This document shows, in pieces, positions 47,987 to 57,405 of a stretch of DNA of 64,000 bases (positions within the stretch are counted from its first letter, which is position 1; each line of letters begins with the position of its first letter). The notes below the pieces were generated by a model. It searched no databases, was not told where the DNA came from, and saw nothing but the letters and a program-made list of their open reading frames with translations. The translations under genes were made by a program, and so were the position numbers. This DNA is from Arcobacter sp. (lineage in GTDB: Bacteria > Campylobacterota > Campylobacteria > Campylobacterales > Arcobacteraceae): NCBI RefSeq assembly GCF_050294675.1, contig NZ_JBNKON010000032.1; one strand, written 5' to 3'.

Positions 47987-50341
47987 TTATCGTTTTAAAC
48001 CAATTAGTGTTGTTAATAATTGATCAGACGTAGTAATTGACTTAGCATTTGCCTCAAAAGCTCTTTGAAATACCATTAAATTAACTAAACTTTCACTTAA
48101 ATCAGCTGTACTTAATTCTAAAGTTTTAGACTCAATTGTAGCAGTTCTATCATTATTAATATTGTAAGTTGGCTCACCACTTTGAGTAGTTTTTGCTAAA
48201 AGGTTATTACCTTTTGGCTCCAATCCTCTTTCATTATTAAATAATGCTATTGCAACTTGTCCTATTGCAAACTCTGCACCATCTTGCTTCATAGTAATTA
48301 AGCCTGCTGCATTTACAGAAAACTCCCCAAAGGCGGAGTCGGATATACCCAAGGTGTCAAGCCTTAGTTGTAAAGAATCTTGTGAAGAGGTTTGGTCAAG
48401 TGTTGTTTTTATCTCTAAAAACTCTGCACCTGCACCTTTCCTACCTGATGCAGTTGCATTTTTATCAATACCTCCAGCTACTTTACTAATAGATAAAGTA
48501 GTAGGATATGTAACTCCTGCACCTGAAGTTTGCTGAATAATTAATTCACCATTTACTACAAGTGCAGTATATGGCATAGAAACAGTTACACCACTTGCAT
48601 TAGTTGCTGTATTTTTAGAAAATATATCATTTATTTTTCCCGCAAGTGTATCTAAATCTCTAGGAGAAGAAATTGTACCACCTGTTGTTGTAATAGCACT
48701 TAATACTGTACCATCAGATAAAGTAATTGAAGGAACTGTTATAGTAAAATTAGTTTGTCCATTTGCTAAAAGTGCAGCTGTACCATCAAAAGTATATGAA
48801 CCTGCACTTCCCGTTGCTGTATATGTTTGTGCATTTGCAAATAACTCTGAACTAAATTCCACATCATACTCTTTTGCTTCAATAACAAGGTTTCCATTGA
48901 TATTTTTTGCAGTAAAATATTTATTAAAATTATCAACAGAAATATTTGTACTTCCTGTCGCATTAGTAGTAAGATTAGTTATTATCGTATCTATATCAGT
49001 AGTTGGGTTAATTGTAATTGCCGAACCAAAGTTAATTGTTCTCTGTAAATCTTTATCATAAACACTAAAATCAAAAGTGTATGAATCTGCACCATTTAAA
49101 TTTAATTCTTCAATTGTAAATACATCCCTTTGATTACCAGTAATTGCCATTGCTAAAGCATCCCTAGCACTTTCTAATCCACCAAGACCAATACCAACTT
49201 GAGCAATAGTTGCACTTGTTGTTTCATTTACAGAACCATAAACAACTGTTGTACCAGAAACTTCTGCAACTTCAGTTATTTTAAATTCCTGACCTGGAAT
49301 CATTGACTGAATTTGAATCATACCCAATAATACATCTGCATCTTTTGTAGATTTAGTAAAAGTATCAAAAGATTCAAATGAGTTTATTGCACTTCCTGTT
49401 TCAGTATTTCCTGTTATATCTTTATCTGTTACAGTATATGCAACCATACCTGTAATAGAAGAAATTTGATCAGCTAAAGCTTTGTATGTTGCAATTTGAC
49501 TTGCTTGTACATCAGTTAAAGTTGTAACTCCATCATCTGCTAATCTTGATGGTTGAGAAATATAGTTTTGAGAATATTTTTTACCATCAATATAAACATA
49601 TATTTGGTCACCCTCTTTAGTTAAATCTGTACCAATAAAATTTATCTGTGAAATTTGAGCTTGTGCACTTTGTGAAGTTCCATCAGGATTATCTTGATAT
49701 GCAGATAAGGCATCAGAATAATTTGCAACTAAAGCTTTTACATCATTAATTTTTGAAGCTTGATTTTTTAGTCCATAACCTGAATAAACATCTTTCACAT
49801 CACTTTTTGATGTTTGTTCATAATTTGTTGCTTTTGCAGTATAAGTTTCAACCGATTGAGAAAGACTTACAATTTTAGATGTTAAAAGTTCTGTATATGC
49901 ACTTGTAAAAACATTTATATTTGGATTTGTTGATAATATATCATCAGAAGTAAGAGTATTCATAGCCCAGCCCTGAACTTCATTTCCAGCGGCATCTTGT
50001 AAAGTACCATTATCTCCCATTCTGAAGTTTCCAGCTCTTGTATAAAATGTTTCACTAGTTCCTGTTGAACTTTTACTTGAAACTGCAAAAAAACCATGCC
50101 CTGATAATGCCATATCATAATCAACACCAGTAGTTTTTAAATTACCTTGAACATAAAGTTTTTCTGCATCTAATACTTTTGCACCTTTTCCTATTTTGTC
50201 TTGATACATTTGGTCAGCAAAAGAGATTCTTGATGACTTATAACCTATTGTATTAACATTTGCAATATTATGAGACTCATTGTCTAAAGCTTTTTGTTGT
50301 GCTGCTAGACCAGAAATCCCTGTCCATAGTGCTCCAATCAT
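47987..50341 (-). CDS. flgE: flagellar hook protein FlgE (large, Campylobacterota-type with big central insertion)
   Basis: 784 aa. N-terminus GISGLAAQQKALDNESHNIANVNTIGYK, DMALSGHGFF...FYTRAGNF. C-terminus MVFQRAFEANAKSITTSDQLLTTLIGLKR. Confidence 0.9.
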   Translation of the reverse strand: MIGALWTGISGLAAQQKALDNESHNIANVNTIGYKSSRISFADQMYQDKIGKGAKVLDAEKLYVQGNLKTTGVDYDMALSGHGFFAVSSKSSTGTSETFYTRAGNFRMGDNGTLQDAAGNEVQGWAMNTLTSDDILSTNPNINVFTSAYTELLTSKIVSLSQSVETYTAKATNYEQTSKSDVKDVYSGYGLKNQASKINDVKALVANYSDALSAYQDNPDGTSQSAQAQISQINFIGTDLTKEGDQIYVYIDGKKYSQNYISQPSRLADDGVTTLTDVQASQIATYKALADQISSITGMVAYTVTDKDITGNTETGSAINSFESFDTFTKSTKDADVLLGMIQIQSMIPGQEFKITEVAEVSGTTVVYGSVNETTSATIAQVGIGLGGLESARDALAMAITGNQRDVFTIEELNLNGADSYTFDFSVYDKDLQRTINFGSAITINPTTDIDTIITNLTTNATGSTNISVDNFNKYFTAKNINGNLVIEAKEYDVEFSSELFANAQTYTATGSAGSYTFDGTAALLANGQTNFTITVPSITLSDGTVLSAITTTGGTISSPRDLDTLAGKINDIFSKNTATNASGVTVSMPYTALVVNGELIIQQTSGAGVTYPTTLSISKVAGGIDKNATASGRKGAGAEFLEIKTTLDQTSSQDSLQLRLDTLGISDSAFGEFSVNAAGLITMKQDGAEFAIGQVAIALFNNERGLEPKGNNLLAKTTQSGEPTYNINNDRTATIESKTLELSTADLSESLVNLMVFQRAFEANAKSITTSDQLLTTLIGLKR

Positions 50342-50379
50342 GACTTATCCTTTTTTTAGATAAAATTATAAACATTTAT

Positions 50380-50419
50380 GTTTATTAATCAATACTTTTA
50401 TAAGTACTAATTAATAAAC
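50380..50419 (-). terminator. imperfect 40-nt hairpin between the two flgE paralogues (attenuator or terminator candidate)
   Basis: gtttattaat...attaataaac forms 10-bp perfect outer arms with partly paired inner arms (agtactt/aagtatt). It begins 4 nt after the upstream stop and has no strong T-run. Confidence 0.3.
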
Positions 50420-50422
50420 ATC

Positions 50423-51886
50423 TTATGATGTCTTAAGTGCTATTGCTGTTTTTAAAAATTCATCTGAAGTAGTAATTGATTTAGAATTTGCTTCAAAAGC
50501 CCTTTGTGCAATTAAAAGTTTTTGTAAACCTGTAGATACACTTATATTACTTACTTCAACACTATTAGATACGACTTCATTTAAAGTATCAGCATTTTTA
50601 GCTTCTCCTGAAGCTTTAGTTGCAGAATATAAATTATTACCCTCTGCTTTTAGTGACTGTTCATCTGGGAAATATGCAGTTGAAACTCTACCTGCTATAT
50701 AAGTATTAGTCCCTTGTGTTAATAATAAAATTCCATCATCACTAACGCTAAGTGAAGTATCATTATATGAAGCAAGTCCAATATTTGTCAATTTTAAATT
50801 AATACTTTCCAATGATAAACTTGCTTGATTTGGAGCAGGAATTCCATTTTGTATATCTAAAAATTCTGCATTTGCTAATTGAACTGCACTGTTTAGTGCA
50901 TCCCTTGCCGATTCAACCATTGCTAAACCTGAACCTTCTACTGCATCAATTACTTCAATAATTGGAGCACTTGAATTTATAACAGGTGAAGATATTTTTG
51001 TATTATTTCCTGGTATTAAATTATCAATTGTTAAAGTGCCAGTTGCTGAATCAAAAGATGATGTAAATCCTTGTAAATCAGAAATTTTATCTGCAAATTT
51101 ATTCATAGTTGTTAATGCATCTGTATCAAAATATTGTCTTACTAAGTTAGTTCCTAAATATAACTCAACAAAATCATTTGAATTTGTTAATTCATTATTA
51201 TAATTCGAATATGTTAAATTAGTTTGTTGAAAAGTTGAAGCGACAGAAACTTCATTTGGATTTGACTCTAAAAGTTTTAATTTTTCATTATAATTAGTTT
51301 TTAATGCTTCCACATCTGATATAACAGAAGTAGCAGATTTATAATTTTGTCCTGAAATACCAACATCAGTAGCTGTTTTTGTATAATCCGTAGCTTTTGC
51401 ATTAATTGATACAGTTCTATCTTCTTGTGTAATTATTGATGAAGCTAAATGCTTCGTATAAGTATCACCAAAAGCTACTGTATCATTAGAAGAAGTTGTT
51501 GAAATAATTTGAGTTTGCAAGCCCATTACGGTAAAACCTTCATTATTTATAAGTGTTCCATCACTTGATTCTTGAAAATTACCAGCTCTTGTATAGTATG
51601 ATTCATTAGTTTCAGGATCTGTTACAATAAAAAAACCTTTTCCTTGAATAGCGAAATCATAGGCATTACTTGTATCTTTTATACCACCTTGATGAAAACT
51701 TTTCTGAATAATTTCATTTGCTACACCTTTTCCGTAACTACCATTTTTATACATCATATCTTCAAAAGAAATTTGATCTTCTTTGTGACCTATATTATTA
51801 ACATTGGCAATATTATTTGATGCAACATTTACAGCACTAGATGATGCAAATATTCCAGATAATCCATTGTATAAGCCACTAATCAC
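50423..51886 (-). CDS. FlgE-family hook protein paralogue (short form)
   Basis: 487 aa. N-terminus LSGIFASSSAVNVASNNIANVNNIGHK, DFAIQGKGFFIV...YYTRAGNF. C-terminus LLIAQRAFEANSKSITTSDEFLKTAIALKTS. Directly downstream of flgD. Confidence 0.75.
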   Translation of the reverse strand: MISGLYNGLSGIFASSSAVNVASNNIANVNNIGHKEDQISFEDMMYKNGSYGKGVANEIIQKSFHQGGIKDTSNAYDFAIQGKGFFIVTDPETNESYYTRAGNFQESSDGTLINNEGFTVMGLQTQIISTTSSNDTVAFGDTYTKHLASSIITQEDRTVSINAKATDYTKTATDVGISGQNYKSATSVISDVEALKTNYNEKLKLLESNPNEVSVASTFQQTNLTYSNYNNELTNSNDFVELYLGTNLVRQYFDTDALTTMNKFADKISDLQGFTSSFDSATGTLTIDNLIPGNNTKISSPVINSSAPIIEVIDAVEGSGLAMVESARDALNSAVQLANAEFLDIQNGIPAPNQASLSLESINLKLTNIGLASYNDTSLSVSDDGILLLTQGTNTYIAGRVSTAYFPDEQSLKAEGNNLYSATKASGEAKNADTLNEVVSNSVEVSNISVSTGLQKLLIAQRAFEANSKSITTSDEFLKTAIALKTS

Positions 51887-51895
51887 TTTTTTTCC

Positions 51896-52378
51896 TTAAT
51901 AAATTTTAGTTATATTGTTATACTTAATTTGAGACATATCTTTAGAAAGTAAAAGTTTTCCATTTTCTTTGTCATATCCAATTACTTCATAACCTGTAGC
52001 AACAACCTCACCATCAAGTGACTCAACTGAACTAATTTGAAAACTTTTTAAATTCCCATCTTGTCCATATGAACCATTTTCAACAATTCTTCCTATTACA
52101 TCTGTTGCACTAGCTAATGCCATTTGAGCAAAAGAGTTTTGTAAAGATTTCATTGCTTCAATTGTTGATAAGTTTGTTTGAATACTTGACATCTGCATTT
52201 GAGAGTCTAACATACTTGCAGAATCCATCGGTTTAGTTGGATCTTGAAGTTTTAACTCTTCAAGCATTAACTTAAGAAAATCTTCATTAGTCAGTCCATC
52301 ATTACTTATAGTTTTAGTGTATGTTTGACCATTTGCTGTTGTTGTAGTATTTACACTTACATTATCTACTGACGCCAT
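51896..52378 (-). CDS. flgD: flagellar hook assembly/capping protein FlgD
   Basis: 160 aa. FLKLMLEELKLQDPTKPMD signature. Confidence 0.85.
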   Translation of the reverse strand: MASVDNVSVNTTTTANGQTYTKTISNDGLTNEDFLKLMLEELKLQDPTKPMDSASMLDSQMQMSSIQTNLSTIEAMKSLQNSFAQMALASATDVIGRIVENGSYGQDGNLKSFQISSVESLDGEVVATGYEVIGYDKENGKLLLSKDMSQIKYNNITKIY

Positions 52379-52387
52379 AATTTTCTC

Positions 52388-52675
52388 CTATAACATATTT
52401 TCTTCAAAGAAATATCGTACAACATTATCTGAATCCATTGAATCTTGTACTCTTACTGCCAATTTTTCATCAATAACAATGATATCACCAGTACCAATAA
52501 TTCTTGAGTTAACATAAATATCACCTCCAGCACCTGCTGGTTTATCAAGTGATAATATGTCTCCTTCACCCAAATCCAAAAACTCTTTTATAGTTATATT
52601 TGCACTTCCAAGCATTACATCTACAGTTATTTGTGTATCAACTAATAAATCATATACTCTGTCATTAATTTCCAT
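52388..52675 (-). CDS. fliN: flagellar motor switch protein FliN
   Basis: 95 aa SpoA domain: ITVDVMLGSANITIKEFLDLGEGDILSLDKP...IYVNSRIIGTGDIIVI. Confidence 0.75.
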   Translation of the reverse strand: MEINDRVYDLLVDTQITVDVMLGSANITIKEFLDLGEGDILSLDKPAGAGGDIYVNSRIIGTGDIIVIDEKLAVRVQDSMDSDNVVRYFFEENML

Positions 52676-52707
52676 AATTAAGTCTCTTTTTTGATATTTT
52701 ATAGGAA

Positions 52708-52716
52708 ATTATAACA
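52708..52716 (-). promoter_or_regulatory. candidate extended -10 promoter (TGTTATAAT) for fliN-flgD-flgE paralogue
   Basis: Exact TGnTATAAT on the minus strand within the largest gap (137 nt) of the gene run, about 33 nt upstream of the fliN ATG. Confidence 0.35.
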
Positions 52717-52812
52717 CAATGATTTATAGTAATATTTATAAAAAATGTTAAAAAAAGTCTGATTTTAAAGAGTTTTTAGCTTTTTAAGCTAATATTAATT
52801 GTTGTAGTATTT

Positions 52813-53484
52813 TTACATAATTGAATCTAATGATTCAAGCATTGAATTAACTTTTGCCTCAATATTTCCATCAAAATTACCTAAATCACTAGCAATTACA
52901 ACACCACCAGCTGTAACATTTGCATCTTGAACTAAAGAAATATGTGTACCTTCCAAATTTAAATCATTTTTTAGAAGTTCAAAATCCCTAGGATTTAAAT
53001 GTATTTTTACTTTTGAAGCTGTTTTTATTTTGTCAAGAATATTATGAATTGTCTCTTTAGCAATTCTTGCTGAATTTTCACCAATTTCTACTGATATGAT
53101 TTTTTTTGCTATTGATATGGAAGTTTTAAGGATTTTTGTTTCCATTTGGAAAGTTGCTTGTTCAAAAAAAGCAGCATAATGCTTTAAATCTTTTATTGCT
53201 TGAACCACTTGATGGTCAATATCTTTTCCACCAGCTAATCCTATATGTTCTAAACCATCTACCTTTTGTTGAACTGCAGCAATAGTTCCAGCAAGTGCTT
53301 TAATTTCCGCTAAAATTTGATCACCATTTATACTAACTTGTTTTTGATCTAATTTTGCAACTTGTTGCATTTGCTCTGTTTGAGTAATCTCGCCAGTATT
53401 AAGAAATGTACCTAATTGAAAATTTTCAACCCCATCATTTGCTTTTATTACTTTAGCATTTGAATATACGTTATTTTTTTCCAT
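52813..53484 (-). CDS. fliH: flagellar export ATPase regulator FliH
   Basis: 223 aa. Central helical region plus a C-terminal FliH-type domain (AGGVVIASDLGNFDGNIEAKVNSMLESL). Follows fliG with a 1-nt overlap. Confidence 0.65.
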   Translation of the reverse strand: MEKNNVYSNAKVIKANDGVENFQLGTFLNTGEITQTEQMQQVAKLDQKQVSINGDQILAEIKALAGTIAAVQQKVDGLEHIGLAGGKDIDHQVVQAIKDLKHYAAFFEQATFQMETKILKTSISIAKKIISVEIGENSARIAKETIHNILDKIKTASKVKIHLNPRDFELLKNDLNLEGTHISLVQDANVTAGGVVIASDLGNFDGNIEAKVNSMLESLDSIM

Positions 53485-54491
53485 TATTCAACATCCCTTT
53501 CAATTACACCCTCTTCAATAAGTTTTTGGGCTGCATCAAGCATTTTTCTTTGAGCTGTTTCAATATCTCTAATTTTAACTTTTGTAAGCATTTCAAACTC
53601 TTCTTGAAATCTATCACTTGCTCTTTGTGACATAGCACCTCTTACTATATCTAAATCATCTTCTGTTGCATTTTTCATGGCAACTGCAACATCAGCCATC
53701 TCAACATTTTGAAGAATTTTCATTACATCATCTTTATCTAAAGCAAGTAAATCTTCAAATACGAACATATTTTCTTTTATTTTTGTAGCTAGTGCTGTAT
53801 CAACTCCATTAATATTTTTAAGAATATCTTGTGATTTTGGTCCCATTCTATTCAACATATCAGCAACAACTTTTACACCACCAACATCAACAATAGATGA
53901 TAATAATGACTCCAATTTTTTTTCTAAAACTAAAGAAATTGTTCTAACAACATCTGGAGAAACATCTTTTATTGTGGCCATTTGCATTGTAACTTTTACT
54001 TTTACATCTTCGTCTAGTTGATTTAAAACATCAGCTGCACCACCAGATTCCATATGAGCTAAAATAACTGCAATTGTTTGAGGAGACTCTTCTTTAATAA
54101 AATCTGCAAGTTGTTTAGGATTGATTGCATCAAGATAATTAAAAGATTGAGATGCCAATTGCATTTTAGATAGTTTTGCTAAAATCTCATCTGCATCATT
54201 TTTACCCAATGATTTATATAATAAGTCTTTTGCATAATCATATCCACCAGCACTAATAAAACCTTTTGTTCTTGTATATAAATGAAACTCTTCAAGAATA
54301 GCTAATGAAGTATCTTTATCAATTGAACCTAATTGTGTAATTGAAGTTGATATATTTTCAACAATATGACGAGGTAAATGTTGAAAAATCTTAACAGTAG
54401 CTTCTTCTCCAATCAAGACAAAAAAGATAGCTACCTTTTGTAGCATTGGCATCCCTTTTGTTAGTTCATGATCATACGGATTTTCTATCAC
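53484..54491 (-). CDS. fliG: flagellar motor switch protein FliG
   Basis: 335 aa. KVAIFFVLIGEE, and a C-terminal charged torque helix region (RASDRFQEEFE). ARM-repeat layout. Confidence 0.95.
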   Translation of the reverse strand: MIENPYDHELTKGMPMLQKVAIFFVLIGEEATVKIFQHLPRHIVENISTSITQLGSIDKDTSLAILEEFHLYTRTKGFISAGGYDYAKDLLYKSLGKNDADEILAKLSKMQLASQSFNYLDAINPKQLADFIKEESPQTIAVILAHMESGGAADVLNQLDEDVKVKVTMQMATIKDVSPDVVRTISLVLEKKLESLLSSIVDVGGVKVVADMLNRMGPKSQDILKNINGVDTALATKIKENMFVFEDLLALDKDDVMKILQNVEMADVAVAMKNATEDDLDIVRGAMSQRASDRFQEEFEMLTKVKIRDIETAQRKMLDAAQKLIEEGVIERDVE

Positions 54492-56239
54492 TATTTACCT
54501 TTCTTAGCATGTCTTTTACCAGTATCTTCTGATAATAGTAATTCTATCATTTTCGCCATTTCAGCAGGTTCATTATTTATTATTTTATCAATCTCTTCAA
54601 TCAATACCTCATATTTTGCAGCTGATTCTTCATCTAAACCTTCAAGATTATTTACTATTTGACTTCTTACTTTAGATTTTAATCTTCCTTTTGCACTACC
54701 AAGATTATACTCTTCTTCTAAGTTGGTATCATCTGTTAATCCAGGAATATTTATATCAGAATCACCTCCTGAAGAGCCCTTTTTAGAACCTGATTTTCTT
54801 CCTGTTGTACCTTCTCCTAAAATTACTATATCATTTTTTACAATAAATTTTTTATAAAAAACAAATAATAAAATTAATGCAATAAGATATTGAAAATATT
54901 CACTAAATTCACTTAATATTGTTTTTATCATTCCAATTGTATCAACAGGGCCTTCAGATATAGGATTTCCATTTGCATCTACATTAACATTTCCATCTGT
55001 AAGTGTTACAAATTTGAAATCTTTTACTGTAATTTTATCACCTCTTCTCTCATCATATCCTATTGTATCTTGTACAACTTCAACAATATTATTTAAAAAT
55101 TCATCCTTATTTTGTACATCTTTTAATACTGTAGAATCAAAAGTAACAGCGGCTGTAACCTTATTAATTGTGGAATAGTTTTTATCTTCATGATCAATAA
55201 CTTTTTTAGAAATCTCGTAATTAATTATATTTTTAGAGGATTCATTATTCGAAGAACTATTACCATTCGCTGCATTTGCATCTGGTGCTTGTATATTACT
55301 TTGAACACCAGGAACTGCAGCACTATCGGTTGTAGTTCCTTGAGATGAAGATGTATTTTCAGTTGTTTGTTGGCTTCTTATTGTACCCTCTGGTTCAAAA
55401 ATTTCTTCTTGTATATGCTTTTTAGAAAAATTTAAATCTAAAGAGACTCTAGCTACAACTCTTCCTTGTCCAACAAATGGTTCTAGTAAGTCAACTATCT
55501 TCTCTTCAAAATCTTTTTCAAGTTTTAACTTATATTTATTTTGAGAAATAGAACTTAAATTATCAATATCTTCTTTTGATTGTTCTAATATTGAACCATC
55601 TTGGTCAATAAGTTTAATATTTTCATTTGTCAAATTTGGAATTGCCGAAGAGATAAAATTTTTAATTCCATCAATTTGTTTTTGTGTCAAAAAAACACCA
55701 GGCTTCAAACTTAAAACAGCAGATGCAGTAGGTGGAGTTTTTCTTTCTGTAAAAATTGTATCTTTTGGAATACCAATTTTTACAGAAGCTCTCATTATCC
55801 CAGATAATGACTCTAAAGCCCTTGATAATTCACCTTCTAATGCTCTTAAATATTTAACTTTGTTTTCGAAATTTGTTGTACCTAAAGAGGATTTTTCAAA
55901 AATTTCCCAACCTACATGTTGACTTGTTGCAGCATCACTTGTAACTAATTTAATTTTTGCAATGTTAATAAAATCTTTTGATGTTTTTAAAGTTAAAGAA
56001 TTACCACTCCCAACCACTGAAAACACAATACCAGCTGCATCTAATTCACTTGATGCTAACATAACTTGGTTTTTTGTAAGATTTGTTGCTATTGTATAGT
56101 TTAATTTACTATCTTCAGCTTTTATATTTGAATAAATTAATAATCCAAGTAAAAGAACTAGTAATAGTGAAAATCCTCCAATTATTACTGCTCTTTGCGC
56201 AGAATTTAAATTATTAACAAACTTTAAAAGTTGATCCAT
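54491..56239 (-). CDS. fliF: flagellar MS-ring protein FliF
   Basis: 582 aa. N-terminal TM segment, RBM domains (LEGELSRALESL), a second TM segment, and a C-terminal FliG-binding tail. Confidence 0.95.
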   Translation of the reverse strand: MDQLLKFVNNLNSAQRAVIIGGFSLLLVLLLGLLIYSNIKAEDSKLNYTIATNLTKNQVMLASSELDAAGIVFSVVGSGNSLTLKTSKDFINIAKIKLVTSDAATSQHVGWEIFEKSSLGTTNFENKVKYLRALEGELSRALESLSGIMRASVKIGIPKDTIFTERKTPPTASAVLSLKPGVFLTQKQIDGIKNFISSAIPNLTNENIKLIDQDGSILEQSKEDIDNLSSISQNKYKLKLEKDFEEKIVDLLEPFVGQGRVVARVSLDLNFSKKHIQEEIFEPEGTIRSQQTTENTSSSQGTTTDSAAVPGVQSNIQAPDANAANGNSSSNNESSKNIINYEISKKVIDHEDKNYSTINKVTAAVTFDSTVLKDVQNKDEFLNNIVEVVQDTIGYDERRGDKITVKDFKFVTLTDGNVNVDANGNPISEGPVDTIGMIKTILSEFSEYFQYLIALILLFVFYKKFIVKNDIVILGEGTTGRKSGSKKGSSGGDSDINIPGLTDDTNLEEEYNLGSAKGRLKSKVRSQIVNNLEGLDEESAAKYEVLIEEIDKIINNEPAEMAKMIELLLSEDTGKRHAKKGK

Positions 56240-56256
56240 CTATTATTTATCCTAAA

Positions 56257-56664
56257 TTAGTTTTTAGCAGAAGCGTCTATTACTGATGTGAAAAAAGTAA
56301 CATCTTTTCTTATTGAAGCTTGAAGAGCTTGAAATATTGTATTATTTTTAGCCATTTCACTCATTTGAGTATCTAAATTTACATTATTTCCATCATTTTG
56401 CTCTTGCAAATTTTCCACTTCATAAACTTCCATTTTTGGTCTATTTGAATTATCAACTTTTTCTTTAATATGTCTTTGATTAGTAGTAGTCAACTCTAAA
56501 TCTTTTTGTCTATTTTTTTCTTTTAGTTGTGATTCAAAGCTTAACTCTTTTGTTTTGTAATCAGGTGTATTTATATTTGCTATATTACTAGAAATAACTT
56601 TTTGTCTCTCTGCCCTATAATTCAAATGATTAAATAAAGTTTCACTTACATTACTTGCTTTCAT
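56257..56664 (-). CDS. flgB: flagellar basal-body rod protein FlgB
   Basis: 135 aa. RQKVISSNIANINTPDYK at the N-terminus. Confidence 0.85.
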   Translation of the reverse strand: MKASNVSETLFNHLNYRAERQKVISSNIANINTPDYKTKELSFESQLKEKNRQKDLELTTTNQRHIKEKVDNSNRPKMEVYEVENLQEQNDGNNVNLDTQMSEMAKNNTIFQALQASIRKDVTFFTSVIDASAKN

Positions 56665-56666
56665 AA

Positions 56667-57395
56667 TTATTTACTTTCACCTATTTTAGTTATTGCTTTT
56701 GAATTTAAATCATTAATCCCTGTTATACCCTTTTGAGCTTGCTCATAACTTCTTTGCGCTTCAATTAATTGAACCATTGCTAATACAGCATTAACATTTG
56801 AGCCTTCTAAAGAGCCCTGAAGAACAAATTTTTCATTGTCTTCCATTGCTTCAACTTGAGCTGCAACTTGCTGTTCATCTTTTAGTTTATAATTATTGTT
56901 ACCATATTTTTTTAAGTTATCATAATCAATTTTAAAAACACCTACAGCTTGCCCAAAACCTTCTTCTATTGCGACAGGTTCTCCATCAGCACTTAAAACA
57001 TTATTTCCATTACTATCTACTAAAAATCCATCAAGGTTTTTAAAAGAACCATCTTTAGTATATTGAACATCGCCATTTTGTGTTAAAACTGCAAAAAAAG
57101 TATTTGGGTCTTTTAATGCAAAATCTAAGTCATTTCCTGTATTAACAATTGCACCTTGTGAACTATTAACATACTTTTGATCTATTTTAGGAACTTTATT
57201 TGTAAGTTCATTAATATATTCAGATTTTTTGCCATCCATCTTTGCTTTTGCTAAGTAGTGATTAAATGTTCCTTCGGATACGCCCTCTTCTTTAAAACCA
57301 ATTGTTCTACTATTAGCCAAATTATTAGAAACTACATCAACTCTATTAATTTGATTTACCATTGCTGCTGCTAGGGGGTACATACCTTGATTCAT
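56667..57395 (-). CDS. flgF: flagellar proximal rod protein (FlgF / FlgG2-type)
   Basis: 242 aa. VVSNNLANSRTIGFK at the N-terminus and LIEAQRSYEQAQKGI at the C-terminus. Confidence 0.65.
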   Translation of the reverse strand: MNQGMYPLAAAMVNQINRVDVVSNNLANSRTIGFKEEGVSEGTFNHYLAKAKMDGKKSEYINELTNKVPKIDQKYVNSSQGAIVNTGNDLDFALKDPNTFFAVLTQNGDVQYTKDGSFKNLDGFLVDSNGNNVLSADGEPVAIEEGFGQAVGVFKIDYDNLKKYGNNNYKLKDEQQVAAQVEAMEDNEKFVLQGSLEGSNVNAVLAMVQLIEAQRSYEQAQKGITGINDLNSKAITKIGESK

Positions 57396-57405
57396 TTTTT
57401 AATCC

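Noticed and set aside
50423-51886. Possibility that the 487-aa protein is FlgK (HAP1)
   Set aside because: The N-terminal region has the FlgE-type D.AI.G.GFF...YTRAGNF block. The gene follows flgD directly, which is the hook position. FlgK assignment remains a formal alternative and is listed as a refutation test.
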